The notes beneath the pieces were generated by a model that had not been told where the DNA came from, searched no databases, and worked only from the letters and a program-made list of their open reading frames with translations. From Anolis carolinensis (taxonomy: Eukaryota), in contig NC_085844.1 in assembly GCF_035594765.1 (NCBI RefSeq), forward strand, positions 175,848,107-175,912,106: a stretch of 64,000 nt of DNA. Direction: 5' to 3'. Below, piece by piece: positions 25,401 to 46,849 of the stretch (position 1 is the stretch's first letter; the number at the start of each line of letters is the position of its first letter). Made by a program: the position numbers and the translations under genes.

Positions 25401-27692
25401 AATAGCTGAGGTCAAATAGGTCATTATATGATATACATTAGGGCTTTATTCTGCTTGTCATTCCCAACTGGAGTAGACTCATTTAACAGATGGAACTACA
25501 TATTTTATTTATTAATTTGAAGGATATTCTCTAATAGGAATTAACAATTGAATGTAGACCTTAAATGGCAGTCATATGTACTTGTTGGACAAACATTTGA
25601 TTGAATCTGATCAAACTCAGATTGAATTAGTGTGCACATATATGATTGGATTGTGAGTGGATTGGAACAGATGAGTAAGAATTGGAAACAGCAACTAATT
25701 CACAACATCTTTCGTAGTATAAGAGTGTATGCCTCTTACACTAATTAACTAAGGATCCTTCCACACAGCCATATAACCCAGAATATCAAGGCAGAAAATT
25801 CCACAATATCTGCATTGAAGTGGGTTATGTGAGTCCACACTGCCATGTATTCCAGTTCAAAGCAGAAAATGTAGGATTTTATTCAGTTGTGAGGAAGGGG
25901 TCTAAGTTACTAGTCAATTATTCAATTCATGTAACAATTAGATAATAGCCTTACTACATGCTTTACAGGTTCTTTGCAATGATTATTTTCTGAATAATGA
26001 AAGAGTCAGTGCATCTTGTTTTCATTTGGGAAGGCTTGTCCATGCATAGAGGGCCACTGTTAAAAATATCTCAATCCTAATTGCTACTCACTTGATGGAA
26101 AAAGTTAGGGCAATGGGCTTTGACAGGAAGCTTTTAAACTCTGGATAAATACTTTCAGGAGAAGCAAATACATTTAAAGTTTTTTTTAACGTAATTAAGT
26201 ACTGGCTCCAATGAAACCAGTAACAAACTACCTGTAGATTTCACTGAGCATTTAATTTTCCACTAGAAGTAGATTGCTTTATTCTTCTCTAGGTTCTCAA
26301 ATTTATAAGACAAACTATATGTCATATACCCACTTTTTTGATTATTTTTTTAAATCTAGAGTTGCAGTCTACAGAGGGAGAGCTTCAAATTGAAGAATTC
26401 TCTGTAAGTATATAGCAATGCAATATATACAATAAATAGGGAGAAATGTGTCAGCAATTTTAAAAAATGAACTGTATCTAACAGTAATTCTCAGTGTGCT
26501 CCATCGACGAAGCATACTGAGGGGCTCCACGGTTCGTTCCTTCTCCAAGCTTTCCCTTCTCTTTCCTACTCTTCCTCTTGTCCTCCTTGCCGCCAAAAGC
26601 CTTTCCCCATGGCGTTCCTTGCCCCAAAAAGCCTTTTTCCCTCCCCTCACTTGCCCTCAAAAGCCTTTTTTCCTCCCTTCCCCCACCCTCAAAAACCTTT
26701 TTTCCTCAATGCCCATAACCTTTCCCCCTTGTTTTGCTTGCTTCCAAAATCCCTTTTCCCTCTCACCACTTAGGGGGTGTTTTGATTGTGCTTTTCCTGC
26801 ATGGCAGAAGGGGATTGGACTGTATGGCCCTTGGGGTTTTCCATTGAAATACTGTTAAAGTTTATGTTGGTCAAAAAGTCTGCCCATGCCTGATATAAAT
26901 GTGTTATATATACTATAATATATAATAAAATATATAAACGTTTCTTGGGGCTCCACAATAAACTTTTGCTTTAAAAAGGGCTCTGCAACTGAAAAAGTTT
27001 GAGAACCCCTGCTATAGAGGTATCTTTGTGTTTGTGCATATGTCCATATATTACACTGGATAGCTAAAATGTAGATTATTCCATATGTCTAAAATTAAGG
27101 AATGCTGACAGTTACTGTTTGGGATTACTGATTTCCGTCTTGACTAGCTTTTTTGATAGTTTGAGATACATGCAGTGATATCAAAAGTATATTATTTACT
27201 CAGACATAAATGATTAATATTTTCCAAAACTCAACTGAATTTACTTCTTAGCTAGTTTGTTTAGGGTTTCGGCTTCTGTAATGTGCAAAAATTTTCCATT
27301 TATAATTAATGACATCTCAGTTTTTTGGAACTTAAAACTGATTTTTAAAACGTTTAAAGACTGACCTCAATCATACAGATCACCAGCTAATTTTTGTTAC
27401 TTAACATCATGTTTCAAGATGTTACAGATTGTATTCTCTGTCTTTAGCATTTATAAGAGCACCGGAATCCTCAAAAATTAAAAATATGCTTAAGCCAGCC
27501 CCGTTGAAATGGATATTAAACATTTTTACGCGACTAAATTGTGCTCAGAATTTTATAACATTGATATTAATATGATTGTTTTTCTTTTAACAGTTTCCAG
27601 AGATGCAAGCTTCATATCTGAGATTCATAATTTTGTCCGCTTTCGATGCTTTTGTATCAGTGCATAGGGTAATAGCAGACGTAATAGCTTGA
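21093..27692 (+). CDS. HSPB11: Intraflagellar transport protein 25 homolog (HSPB11/IFT25); join(21093..21190,23946..24052,25315..25383,26360..26403,27594..27692), 138 aa
   Basis: MKFTDYCLRSEGAEVVLATSSDEKFPPENIIDG/RSDTFWATTGMFPQEFII.../VQTLRIEKSMSKEPVDFE.../ELQSTEGELQIEEFS/FPEMQASYLRFIILSAFDAFVSVHRVIADVIA*; GT-AG junctions, phases consistent (417 nt). Confidence 0.95.
21413..22452 (-). mobile_element. Penelope pLTR fragment joined to the 5' portion of a non-autonomous Helitron
   Basis: 21413-21835 is pLTR-like; 21830-22452 resembles the reverse complement of the 5' part of the Helitron at 61478; minus strand starts TC(TA)n at 22452 inside an expanded (TA)n(GA)n microsatellite (22426-22478). 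Confidence 0.6.
24371..24950 (-). mobile_element. L2-clade LINE 3' fragment
   Basis: KLVQNAAARLL...[21 protein letters not shown]...[15 protein letters not shown]...KTHLFRQAF, with a (TAAA)n tail; near-identical to the copy at 52260-53181. Confidence 0.9.
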
Positions 27693-28780
27693 TATTTTAT
27701 TTCAAACTTAAATATTATTTCTGCAACACAGTAATAACATTGCATTGTGTAATACATTTATAATATGTTTTATAAATAATGTTTTGTTTGTTTTTATTAG
27801 AGTATTTTTCTGTTGTTCAGCATTTTTAAATTATTGTTTGTATAATAAATAGGATTCTTCTGCAGAAAGCATAGTGTGTTTTCTGTAAACACGGATCCAC
27901 TTCTAGCTATCACTAGTTTTCTAATCTAGGGATTAAGTATATGAATGGAAAACATTTGCAAACATGTAACTTGCTCTATGTCAGAAATATTTCTGACTGT
28001 CTTTTAATTTGAAATCATTTCAACTGTGTGAAAATGAATTCTGCAGTCCAGCATTTTGTTCCTTCTGGTCCAGTTATGAAGCATACATAAAAGATCCATT
28101 TTGTTTCAAATAAATTTTAATAGAAACAGGTAAACCAAGTCCTCTTTGAAGGGTTTTCATACTACAATAGTTTAAGCTGCAGAGAACAATCTGTCCTGGA
28201 AGTATTGTATTTTATACATAGTTCAAATCCAAATAACTATGGGATTTGTTCCATCTATATTGAACTACATAACTACGTAGGTTTTGGATGTGTGATGTTT
28301 CAAAAAAGCTTTTCACACCACATGACAACTACTTTTGAAATGGACCAGAATTTCAACAGTACTTTGATATATACATGTGTAGTTTTGCAATCTAAAGTAA
28401 TGTCATTTCAGTGAATGAATTAAAACACTGGTAACACTAGGGATCCTTGCTAATATCCATGCTTTTTACAATAAAAGGTGGGTCACCTCTTATTGTAATG
28501 ATTAATATTTTTACACCAGCAGTGTTTTTTTTGTCAAAATGTACATGATCATAATATATTTTCAACATAGCCTTGCATCACAATAAATAGCAAAACAGTC
28601 TTCCCTTTTCCTCCTTCAGAAATACAAACTCATATCACTATTATTCATATTTATCCAGATGGGGACTATACTTCTGTGTACACCTACAACCATTTTTAAA
28701 TGGTAGACAAAAACAACCACTTCAGTCTGTTTAAGATAGTTTGACTTAGTTTAATATTGTTTAGCATCCTGTTTCTATCA

Positions 28781-28850
28781 ATATTTTTTCCAAATCAGGC
28801 CACAGCTCTTCATGCTTTAAGCTATGACTATCATAAATAAATACAAATAG
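28781..28850 (-). promoter_or_regulatory. SECIS element in DIO1 3'UTR
   Basis: Minus strand reads ...TTATTT-ATGAT-AGTCATAGCT-T-AAA-GCATGAAG-AGCTGTGGCC-TGAT-TTGG...: AUGA core (28834-28831), ~10-bp helix II, apical AAA (28818-28816), 3' UGAU (28797-28794); ~450 nt downstream of the stop. Confidence 0.93.
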
Positions 28851-29284
28851 AAACAAAATGAAGTTAATGAGTACAACAGTTCAATTCAGAAAGCCATTAT
28901 GTGCTAGTAGACATTCAAAGCATTACATTTGATCATAGGAAGATAAGGTGCCCCCTAAAAAAAGTTTCCATACAGTTATTTCTCAGCTGATTGTGCCACT
29001 GTTGTTTATATACATTCCTTAGGCGAAGATGACTGATATTTTGCGGGTAGTCATGTAAATATAGCTATTCAGTGCCTAATTTAATGTGTATATTTGTACT
29101 CTATGGACAAATTGTGACTGCTGAACACTTAGTTGATAGTATGTCAGTTCTCATTTTTTCCAGTTTAATGCGGCTTTATCCTCCAAAAATGTTTTTCTTC
29201 TAAAGGTATTTTAATACTTTTGAAAATTAACCAGACTAGGAAGTGACCATATATGTATGTGAGCACCACATCTGTTTTATAGGT

Positions 29285-32200
29285 TTAAAGTAGTTTTTCC
29301 AAAACTTCACGGACTTCTTGTGGATTGTAATTCCATGGTCCCACTCCACCCTGTAAAAGGAAAAATACGGTGTTTTTCTGAACAGTTCTGGAAAAATGAT
29401 TGAAGGGTGTAGGGGAGAAACCAGGAAAAAACTGAAAGAGAGAAGGAAATCTTTTTCCTACACTTTATGAAAATATGATACTGCAATTATTATTTTCATT
29501 TTTTTCTGATTACGCAAATATTACAATTCCTCATGTAGGCCATTGGTAGGCATTATTTTCCTTACAGAACCTAAAGGATAAATGACATTACATGGAAATG
29601 CACAGAAGGCCCCACCACCACTATCCTGTGCCTTGTGAGGAGTGTGTAGGATCAGAACCATCTGGCTATGTCCTCATATCCTGAAGCAAAATGATTATAT
29701 TAAGAATAGTCCAGAGATTTCAACCCTGCTTTACTAATTTTATATCTTGCTATGGCAATATAATTGGGTGCTTCCCCAATCCACATAGAGCTATACATGA
29801 TTGTAGTCACTTTATGTTACTTAACACTTGTTACCTTATAGACAATATTTCCCCCTTGAAGCACATAAAGTCTCTCTGGAAGAGCCGCATAGGTTGAGCT
29901 ACTCAGGTTTTCCATAGTATCCATGACCACTGAACATAAGGGGTACTGTTTTAGCAGGATCTCTGCAGCTTGCATACGATCATGGAGAGTTCTGTGACTT
30001 TTAATAACAATATTGTTCTTAAAAGCCCATCCATCTAAAACAAAGAGTATGGTTAAACACATTACAAAGCATGTTTTCATATTTACATTTATCAATCCAA
30101 ATAATGTATAGGATCCTAACTATTCAATTCAAACCCACACTATTTTCTGTGTTTCCCCCTTCCAATTAGCATTCTGAAACCACAAAGCAAACACTCAATC
30201 CTCATTGGGCTATTGGGGATGGAAGAGGTTTAAGCAACCTTTGTTCCTCCACTAACTGTGGTCATAACCTAGTTATAATTTTCTAGAATTGTTGGGGGGG
30301 TGGGTTCTTTCATTTAGTAGATATTAATATAATATAGGTTTATATGCACTATGTAGATGTTTTAAGGTAAGGATCCCTCATGAAGAGGCGAGAGAATGCA
30401 GTGTTGGAAGTGAGTGATTGGTGGAATGTCTGAAGAGGTTTTGAAAAGGCTGGTGTTTTGACAGGGTCAGGAATGATAGCTGTATGTTAAAATTAAGAAT
30501 TAGTATGGTTTAAGATTCTCCATGGTTAGGAGAGTTAAGATCAGATCTAGAGGACAGCTAGAGTTTTAGGATATGAGAGAGAATGAGATATGCATGTTAG
30601 AATGAGTTCAGTCAAGATATATGTATTAATTAAGCAATCTAGAATCATAGATTTCAAAAGGGACAAGGGACAACCACCCCGACATGCAGGAACACACAAT
30701 CAAAACTTTCCTGACAGATGGACATCCTGTATCTGTGATGCTATGTTCATTTTCAATTTTATAAGGCATTTCTCTATTATATACTTGGACCACAGAAACC
30801 TACATATTGTAAAGCTTGAGTTCAGACAGAGTGTCTGTGGAGGCAGCAGTTAATAAAGAGCGGTGTTGTCTGGGGCAAAATGAAATAAAATCCCATACGG
30901 GAGCCACAGGAACATCAGTTAGGGATCAGTGTTGGGACAGGAAATCCTCACATTTATGGCAGAGGTGGGGATAAGGGAAGAGGCCCCGCCCCTCCTATGG
31001 CCCCGCCCCCTTGTCCTAATAGGTGCCATCACCACCCCCCTGGATCGCTGCAGCACCCACTGGAGGGCGGTAGCACCCACTTTGGGAATCACTGCTGTAG
31101 TTTATATGCTTCATGTACTGTGCAGAGAGAGCTACAGCAACTATGCTTCACCTGAGGCATGGGCTTCTTCAATGTAGATCACAAGGAAATCTGCTGCAAA
31201 ACTGAAATCTTCTATAAGCTTCTTGAACTCTCCAAATCTGAACATAAATGAAGGTCAGGTACAGCTTCCAAATGCTAGGACTAAAGGCCTGTTATCTGCA
31301 AAAGATGAAGCAGTCTTTGAAGTGAGAGGATACAAAAAGTAACATGTAAGCCTCTATATATAGGAACTTAAGATTTGATTGTATAAACAGCATAAAATGT
31401 AGACATTCCAGAGGTCAGTGAGTGCTTCCAGGAAAGGCTTTTGTTGTATTTCCACATAAATTCATTTAAATAAGTTTTTGGGTATGTCTAGAAAATTAGT
31501 CTTCTATTTGTAACTCTCCTATGTTTTCTCTGTCCGCTTCCATGTTTGTTCTTCCTGTAGACAGTTTATAAAAGTAGGAAACCAGTAAATAGCTGCACTA
31601 TTGCTTTTGAATTGTGTGTTAGAAAGAGCATATGTGATTCCAGATAGATAGTTTCTAGGGCTAAGATCAGTCACAAAAACTTCTCAGCAATTTTATTAGG
31701 GCTGTCTTATGAAAAGTGACGTTAATAACTGAAATTGTCTGAAATTGTATTGCCTGTGTTGTAATGCCCTTTGTCCGTGGCCCCCACAGGGCCAAAAAGA
31801 GAAAACGCCTTTGCGGATGAGACTCACATATAACTTCCTTAAGGTCGCCCAGTGGATTTCCATAGACAAGCGGGAATTTAAACTATAGTCTCCTAAAAAT
31901 CATTGTGTGAATTGTTGGCCTCAAATCTGTTAAGGTCATTTTGAATCTGAATTCTGTTCTCTGAGATATTAACAATTCCTCCTAATTTGGTATTTGATAA
32001 TCTTCCCCTTTATCCCATTGTCAAAACATTTATTTTGTTTGAATACCAGCAAGGTTGAATACCAGCAAGTCCAGGAAGGAACTCTATGTCATCCCACTAA
32101 TCACATCTGTACATGATGGTGAGCATTTTTTGGGTCTGATCCATTAACCAGTTACAAATCTACCTAAAGGTACTACTGTGAACCCCTGCATTTCTCAAGA

Positions 32201-33926
32201 AGGATCGCTTTACATGAGCTGTCCACATCTTGAGGTCTTCTGAGGAGGGCTTTCCTGTATGTCTTGCCATACTCACCTTAGTGAAACCAGAGGAGGGGGC
32301 CTTTTGGGGGGCTATTCTCAAGCTTCGCAACTACCTTTCTAGAGAAGGTACACTGGTGGTCTCCTTGCTATCCTTATGTACTCAGGGGGAAGTTTTTGTA
32401 TTCAGATACCTTTGAAGGCTGACCGCTTTCATGCATTCTAGTTTTTTTTTTTAACATTCTTAACTATTATGCTTTTGTTTTTAATTTTTCTATGTCATAA
32501 AACTTTTTGTTGAATATGTTTTAACTTTTGTAATTAAGATTCACTACATCTAGAATAGGGCATCATAAACTGTGGGTTCCAACCACAAATCAGATCATGA
32601 AAAATTTGGCAACAGTAAAAGATTTCTGAATGCCACCTAGACATTTACACAAATCTTTTGGCAACAACATATGGTGTTTACACTGGACTCTGCAGAATAT
32701 GCTTCAGCTGTATTTCATAAAAAGGAAAACCAACCTATTTAGCAAGCCCTGCAAATGCTGATTTATTATGAGTAAGTGTTTGATTTTTTTTACCTATGTT
32801 ATATACTTTACCTATAAACCTGGGGTCAGGTAAACATTTTTCAGGCAGAAAGGGGCCATCAGTGGAAAAAAAGTTTAAGAAGCCCCGATCTAGAGCATTC
32901 CCTTTGATTTCTGAAGCCATATCATACTTGGTTTCTTGGTGTACTGTTTCCAGTTTCAGTGATACCATCTGAATATTCTTACATTTTACCTACTGAAAAG
33001 AATAGTTTAATGATTCATGAATGGTGGAAGAGAGGGCAAAGTACAATTTGTTTTTACTTCTCCAACACAATTTTATACACTAGAACTTTAACAAACATTT
33101 CGCTTTAGAGGAGTTTTTCCATTTACTTTTATGTTCGATTAAAATACATCTGAGGTTCAAGCTGTTATCTTTTTAAGATTTACCTGGGAATATGTTATAT
33201 TCATACTTGAATGTGTTTAGGATTGTGGTATTGTCAGATATAAATATTTTCCATTGCTTTCTCCAGAGATCTGACAGCAAATTATAAGAATAAACATTTA
33301 AAGGACCAAAATCAATACACTGTTATTTATGAAAATTATTTTTCCAGTTCATCATATACAGGTGAAAATGGGGGTATGATGCCCTCCACACAAGATAGAT
33401 ATAATTGTTTAAGATGGTTTCTAACAGTTCACACTGGTTTTGATACATTTTGGCTCTAAATTGAGAGATCATGGGTTGTGAAATCATGGCTGAAATTCAA
33501 GCTCAGCATGTTCTGAAGGGGATTTTGAAACCCGTTCAGATTATGTTCTAATGATGCAGCGAAGTTTCAAAAATCCCCATCATTTTAAAATTTACCTTGC
33601 ATGAAGTCCAGGATGTGATGAATTTTCCCATCAAAATCTACCACAGGGGTGTTGGGTGCAGGACAGCCTTGAAGTGCCTTGTCTTCCAGCCTTTTCCACT
33701 TTACTTTTAAGACAAAGAGTAAGTACTGGAAGCTGAAGAAAGTTGGACCCCAGTTTTCATAGACAAAATTAGGGTTCCTCCCCATGCTACTCCTCTCGCT
33801 CTGTTTCAATATATATCTCTTAGCAGTCGCTGGAAACAAGATCATAAAAAGTTTACCCACAGCAGTAGACAGGCATACTTGCAAGAGAAGCCAAGTCTTT
33901 AGCACCAATCTTCCAGCTTTGAACAT
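29285..33926 (-). CDS. DIO1: Type I iodothyronine deiodinase (selenoprotein); complement(join(29285..29350,29835..30034,31152..31295,33596..33926)), 246 aa, Sec UGA at 31257-31255
   Basis: [25 protein letters not shown]...[10 protein letters not shown]...APNTPVV; exon 2 [11 protein letters not shown](TGA)PSFMF...[20 protein letters not shown]...[33 protein letters not shown]. The U-P-S motif is DIO1-type; SECIS downstream. Confidence 0.96.
32566..32890. mobile_element. hAT-like non-autonomous element; inverted relative at ~59795-60060
   Basis: Shared TATTTAGCAAG.CTGCAAAT.CTGATTTAT core seen in opposite orientations. Confidence 0.5.
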
Positions 33927-34646
33927 ACTGCTGGAATGAGAAGCGGCAAAGTTGTGCAAAGCAGAATGCCAAACTACAACTGAAGTAAAAGGAAGAGGGA
34001 AGAACAAGATGGGGTGGTTAATCATTGATAGACCTGTTTATCTTCAACATGCAGTGATTACTTCTATTGGCTTTTAAGGCTTTGAGATTACATCAGAGTA
34101 AACATTTGTCTGTTTAATTATCTGTTAAGTGAAATGTTCATCAGATCACATGTGCCATTTTCAATATGTCAGGAATTATGGTCTATATACTCTTTTGTCT
34201 GGAACCAGAATCCGAAGAAATCAAGCTGTTCTAGATTTGCCCACTCATATTGCTTCATACATGGACTGAAACACCATTCATGTAAGGAGATCTCACTTGA
34301 TTTATGTAGGATTTTTATTGGTCACCAAGTACTGGTACTTATTTTTTTAAGTTATCTTTATCTTCAGTAGTAAATGAGACAAAATGTCTTTCTTTTTTTA
34401 GCCTCATAGGAACCATGCAGCACTAGAATGAGAACTACTTGTTTACAACTTTGTTAGGCTTTGAAACCAAAACTCAACAGTCATCCAAATCCATTGTACT
34501 ATTCAGTGATTTGTCGTGATTATACTTCATATGATCTCCATATCTGAAGGTTTGTGGAGTTCTTAATATGAAGGATAAATATATTCATTCTTGATATGTT
34601 AAAATCTGTGCAATTTTTAAAATGTTCTGCAGTGCATTACATCAGA

Positions 34647-36027
34647 CTAGGAGTTCTCAAACTGTGCTCTGTGGAGCTCTTGGGGCTTTGCGGGTGATAG
34701 TGAGGGGCTCCATGGCTGCTTCCCGTCTCCTCCTCTTTCCTTCTCCTGAGAAATGCAGGAAAATTAAAGTTTTGAGCTGTTTCAAGCAGCAGCAGATGCA
34801 GCAGAGTCCTCCCAGGGCACAGACCCATTCTCTCCCGCCTCCCTTACTGCCCAGACACTTTTTCTCACTGCCCAGACCCCTTCTGCTCTTCCTTTGCTTC
34901 CAAAATTCTATTTCCCTCCCACTGCTCAAGCTTTATGTTTTTCTGCATGACAGGAGGTTGGATTGGATGGCCTCTAGGGTTTCTATTATTATTATTATTA
35001 TTATTATTATTGACACAAAGACATAGTATGACACAGCAAATGAGATATATATATATATGCTTGATTTCATATCACAAAATCACAAGTCTTATTTCATATC
35101 ACAAAATCACAACACTTCCCAAGTGTTTAGGACTGTGTGATGTATTTTAGAATGATGCATGCAGATCCCAGTAAGGTGGCCTTTTGCAGGTGACAGATCG
35201 TAATTTTGTCAACAGCTGAGTTTTTCCTGTTGTTTTTCATCAATTTGACTGTCACTTCGTATGGTGACATCAATAATCCAAACTTTTTTCTTTTCCACAA
35301 CCATGATGTCTGGTGTGTTGTGTTCCCCTCAATGGATGCCACCTTGTTGTGGTGGGGGGCTCCTTGGAGCAGTTAAGGCCCCCCTGCCTTAACTGCTCCA
35401 AGGACGCTGAGAGCTGTGCTGGCGGTAGTGTAACTACCGGCAGGTCCAACTAAGCCAGAGAGGCCTCAGTTGAGGAGTGGAACTAAGAGCACCTAACCCA
35501 TTAGCACTATGGAGAAACAAACCAAAACAAAGTCTATACTGGCTCGGTCGTTGCCCAGGATAAAAATGATCGCGGTGGATGCTGCTGATTCTGGGCATCC
35601 ATCGACTAGTGGGCTACAGAATCAAAATACAAATGAACAGTCACAGAAGCGGCAGAAATATACAATGTCAGAAAACTGCACAATTATAATAATACAAAAG
35701 GCTTGATGGCCATCTGTTGGCGGTGCTTTTATTGTGTTTTTCCTGCATGGAAGAAGGGGGTGGACTGGATGCCCTTTGGGGTCTTCCACTGAAATGCTGT
35801 AGTGTATGTTGTTTACAATTTTTCTTCTTTTTAAACACTGTATTTCCGTTTGTATATACTTAGTGTGTGAATTAGTTCACACAAACATTCTCCATCCATT
35901 GCCCCTGGCCCGGCCTATGCCTGATATACATTACATATAATATAATATATAAACATGTCTTGAGGCTCCACAAAAAACCTTTGCTTCAAAATGGGCCCTG
36001 CAGATGTAAAAGGTTGAGACTCCTTGC
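34647..36027. mobile_element. hAT-like composite element (TIR AGGAGTTCTCAAAC / GGTTGAGACTCCT); related 3' part at ~26780-27011
   Basis: Inverted termini; the GGGATTGGACTG.ATG.CC.TTGGGG block and the terminal GGCTCCACAA...TGAGAACCCCTG block are shared with 26780-27011. Confidence 0.5.
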
Positions 36028-37627
36028 ATTAGTCTGTACCTTCACTAACATGTAACAATAAACAAGGAGAAGCATACATTGTGATGTAATTAGCGAATGT
36101 TAAGTTTCATTATGCTGGTTTCAATCTAAGGTAATACTTGAAAGAAAGACTACTGTTTCAACTGAAAATGTTCCCTATCATCTCTTGCCAGAGCCAGTGT
36201 TGCATCGTGGCTTGAGCACTGGACTACAGTGCTGGAGAATAGAGTTCAAATCCCCATTCAAACATGGAAATCCATTGGGTGACCTTGAAAAAATCACAGC
36301 TTCTTGGCCTCAGAGCAAAGCACTGGCAAATCCCCTCTAAATAAATCTTGGCAAGAAAACTATGATAGGGTCACCTTAAGGTTGCTATAATTCAGAAACA
36401 ACCTGAAGGCACACACAACAAAAAAACATTTATTGCCAGCTATGTTTATATCTTTGGCTTAAGGACCCCCCATTTAATGGTGGTTGATTTAAGACTTTTA
36501 CAGTAATTTACATTTGAAGATGGAATAGCAAAGCAACCTAAATAGCTTCCCCTGACATATGATCATTTTATAGTTTCTGATTATTATTCACACATTTTGT
36601 TTGTATGGACTTTACGTTCCTCCTCACAAAATTCTGCACAAAATATAATTTGTAGAAAAAGCAAAATATCCAGGCTTTTTGGAAGAAATAGTTAGAAACA
36701 TAAAAATGAAATGATAGCACTGTGAATTAATTTTATTCTATGGCAAACACTAAAATACTCAAAATTATGCAGATTTTTTAATTAAAAAATTAAATAAGGT
36801 ACAGTAAAATCTTCAGGTGAAACTGACTTCATTTAATTGAAATCTATTTCATTCACCATTTGCTTCAAAAGAGTGGAATTTCAACTAAAGTTCCGTACTG
36901 GCCGGTCATTCAAGTGTCATAAACTATGAAATTCAGAATGTTTCAATGATGCTTTCTTCAGATCTTTTGGCTCCTTTTCTTTTATTCAGCATGAGAAAGC
37001 CCCAATAAAGTGATATTGCACAGATAAAGATAGACGTAGCTGGGGAGAAAAGTCAAATAATTAGTATTAGTACTATATGGATATTTGAAATAACAGCACA
37101 CTTAATGGATTAAGTTCTACAATAAAGAGGAATCTATATTCTAACAGCCCAACCACACAAAAAATTATTTTTCTTGTTGTTATAGTTTTTGGGTTTTTTG
37201 GGGCTCTGAATCAGAAAATTGGATAGACTGCATCAGCTCTAGTTTTTTCAGATATTGTTATCATTATTCTTTATAGGTGAGTAGATGGTGGCTAGTAGAT
37301 GGCATATGTTCTGCATCTCAAAAACTAGAGGTTATAGGGAAAAAGCTGCAATTTTTGTAATTAGCAGATCAAATGTACCCAGAAACAGGTGTAACATTTG
37401 AGGCACCAAAATGTATGTTGGCCAGTGTAATATTTGTAGAGCTTTCAATTAACTCATTAATCAACTTGTTAAGTTATTATTTCACTAATTCTTCCCAGTG
37501 AATTCACTAACTTTTGTGTAGTTGACAATTAACACTCCCCTGAGTGTTAGATTCGTCAAGCACAAAAAACTGGCAGTACATCAATAAATCACTCCTTAAT
37601 ACTGTTAACTGCCCCAAGCATCATACT

Positions 37628-38047
37628 ACCGTGTTTCCCCGAAAATAAGACAGTGTCTTATATTAATTTTTGCTCCCAAAGTTGTGCTAGGTCTTATTTT
37701 CAGGGGATGTCTTTTGTCTTATTTTTCCATGAAGAAGAATTCACATTTATTTTTGAACAAAAAAAATGAACATTTCTTACATACTGTAAAGTAGTTGTCA
37801 TCACAAACCACACAAACTGTGAGTCCTATCAAGAATTTCTTGATACTGCCATTATTTCCATGTACAACAATCTATAGTACGTACATTTACCGATCCTGCA
37901 TGCTGTGGTGTTCTGTTTGGCAGGCATGCTTCCAAACAAAAACTTTGTTAGGTCTTACTTTTGGGGGAGGCCTTATATTTAGTAATTTAGCAAAACCTCT
38001 ACTAGGTCATATTTTCTGGGGATGTCTTATTTTAGGGGAAACAGGGT
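37628..38047. mobile_element. Tc1/mariner-like MITE
   Basis: TIRs CCGTGTTTCCCCGAAAATAAGAC / GTCTTATTTTAGGGGAAACAGGG with TA flanks. Confidence 0.75.
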
Positions 38048-38067
38048 ATAGTATGATGTATATAATA

Positions 38068-38550
38068 GGCCACACTGCAATTGAAAAGAGATGTTGACAA
38101 GCTGGAAGGTGTCCAGAGGAGGCCAACTAAAATGATCAAGGGTCTGGAGAACAAGCCCTACGAGGAGCGGCTAAAAGAGCTGGACATGTTTAGCCGGCAG
38201 AAGAGAAGGCTGAGAGGAGACATGACAGCCATGTATAACTATGTGAGGGGAAGTCATAGGGAGGATGGAACAAACTTGTTTTCTGCTGCCCTGGAGACTA
38301 GGATGCGGAACAATGGCTTCAAACTACAGGAAAGGAGATTCCACCTGAACATTAGGAAGAACTTCCTCACTGTGAGAGCTGTTCGGCAGTGAAACTCTCT
38401 ACCCCAGAGTATGGTGGAGGATCCTTCTTTGGAGGCTTTTAAGCAGAGGCTGAATGGCCATCTGTCGGGGATGCTTTGAATGTGATTTCCTGCTTCTTGG
38501 CCGGGGGTTGGATTGGCTCGCCCATGAGGTCTCTTCCAACTCTATGATTC
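38068..38550 (+). mobile_element. CR1 LINE 3' fragment
   Basis: ORF 38081..38392 KRDVDKLEGVQRR.TKMIKGLE...YEERLKEL..FS..KRRLRGDM...RFHLNIRKNFLTVR; ends in a CR1-type CCAACTCTATGATTCT tail. Confidence 0.92.
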
Positions 38551-38677
38551 TGGGCATTTCAGGTAGCAGATTTTTGATGAAATACCTACTCAAGAACATT
38601 GCATGATATTAAATCCTACAGTTACCCAAACGGCACAAAAGAAATAGCAACTAAAATAGGACAATATCTTACCTTAG

Positions 38678-46636
<7,959 letters not shown>

Positions 46637-46849
46637 TCATGCAGCAATGTTTGATGAAGTAGTTCAAAACTGGAAAAAATGGCTGAAAAATATAAAGCAG
46701 ATACTTACAAAGTGAGATTTAAAGATGCAACTAACATCCACATATTGGTGAAGCCAACTCCTGATAGAATCAATGATGAAATCTGATATTCACTCTGAAA
46801 CCCAAACATGAGTTGCCTTTAGAATGGAAAAGGCATTGTTCTGGTTTCT

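Noticed and set aside
26369-26858. Overlapping 93-136 aa ORFs in HSPB11 intron 4
   Set aside because: Low-complexity CT-rich interior of a hAT-like repeat; no recognisable protein.
31152-31295. DIO1 as a pseudogene because of an internal stop
   Set aside because: The TGA is at the catalytic selenocysteine position and a SECIS is present.
33927-34025. 33-aa N-terminal extension of DIO1 suggested by the ORF track
   Set aside because: Recognisable DIO1 sequence and expected length start at ATG 33926; the upstream ATG is probably 5' of the TSS.
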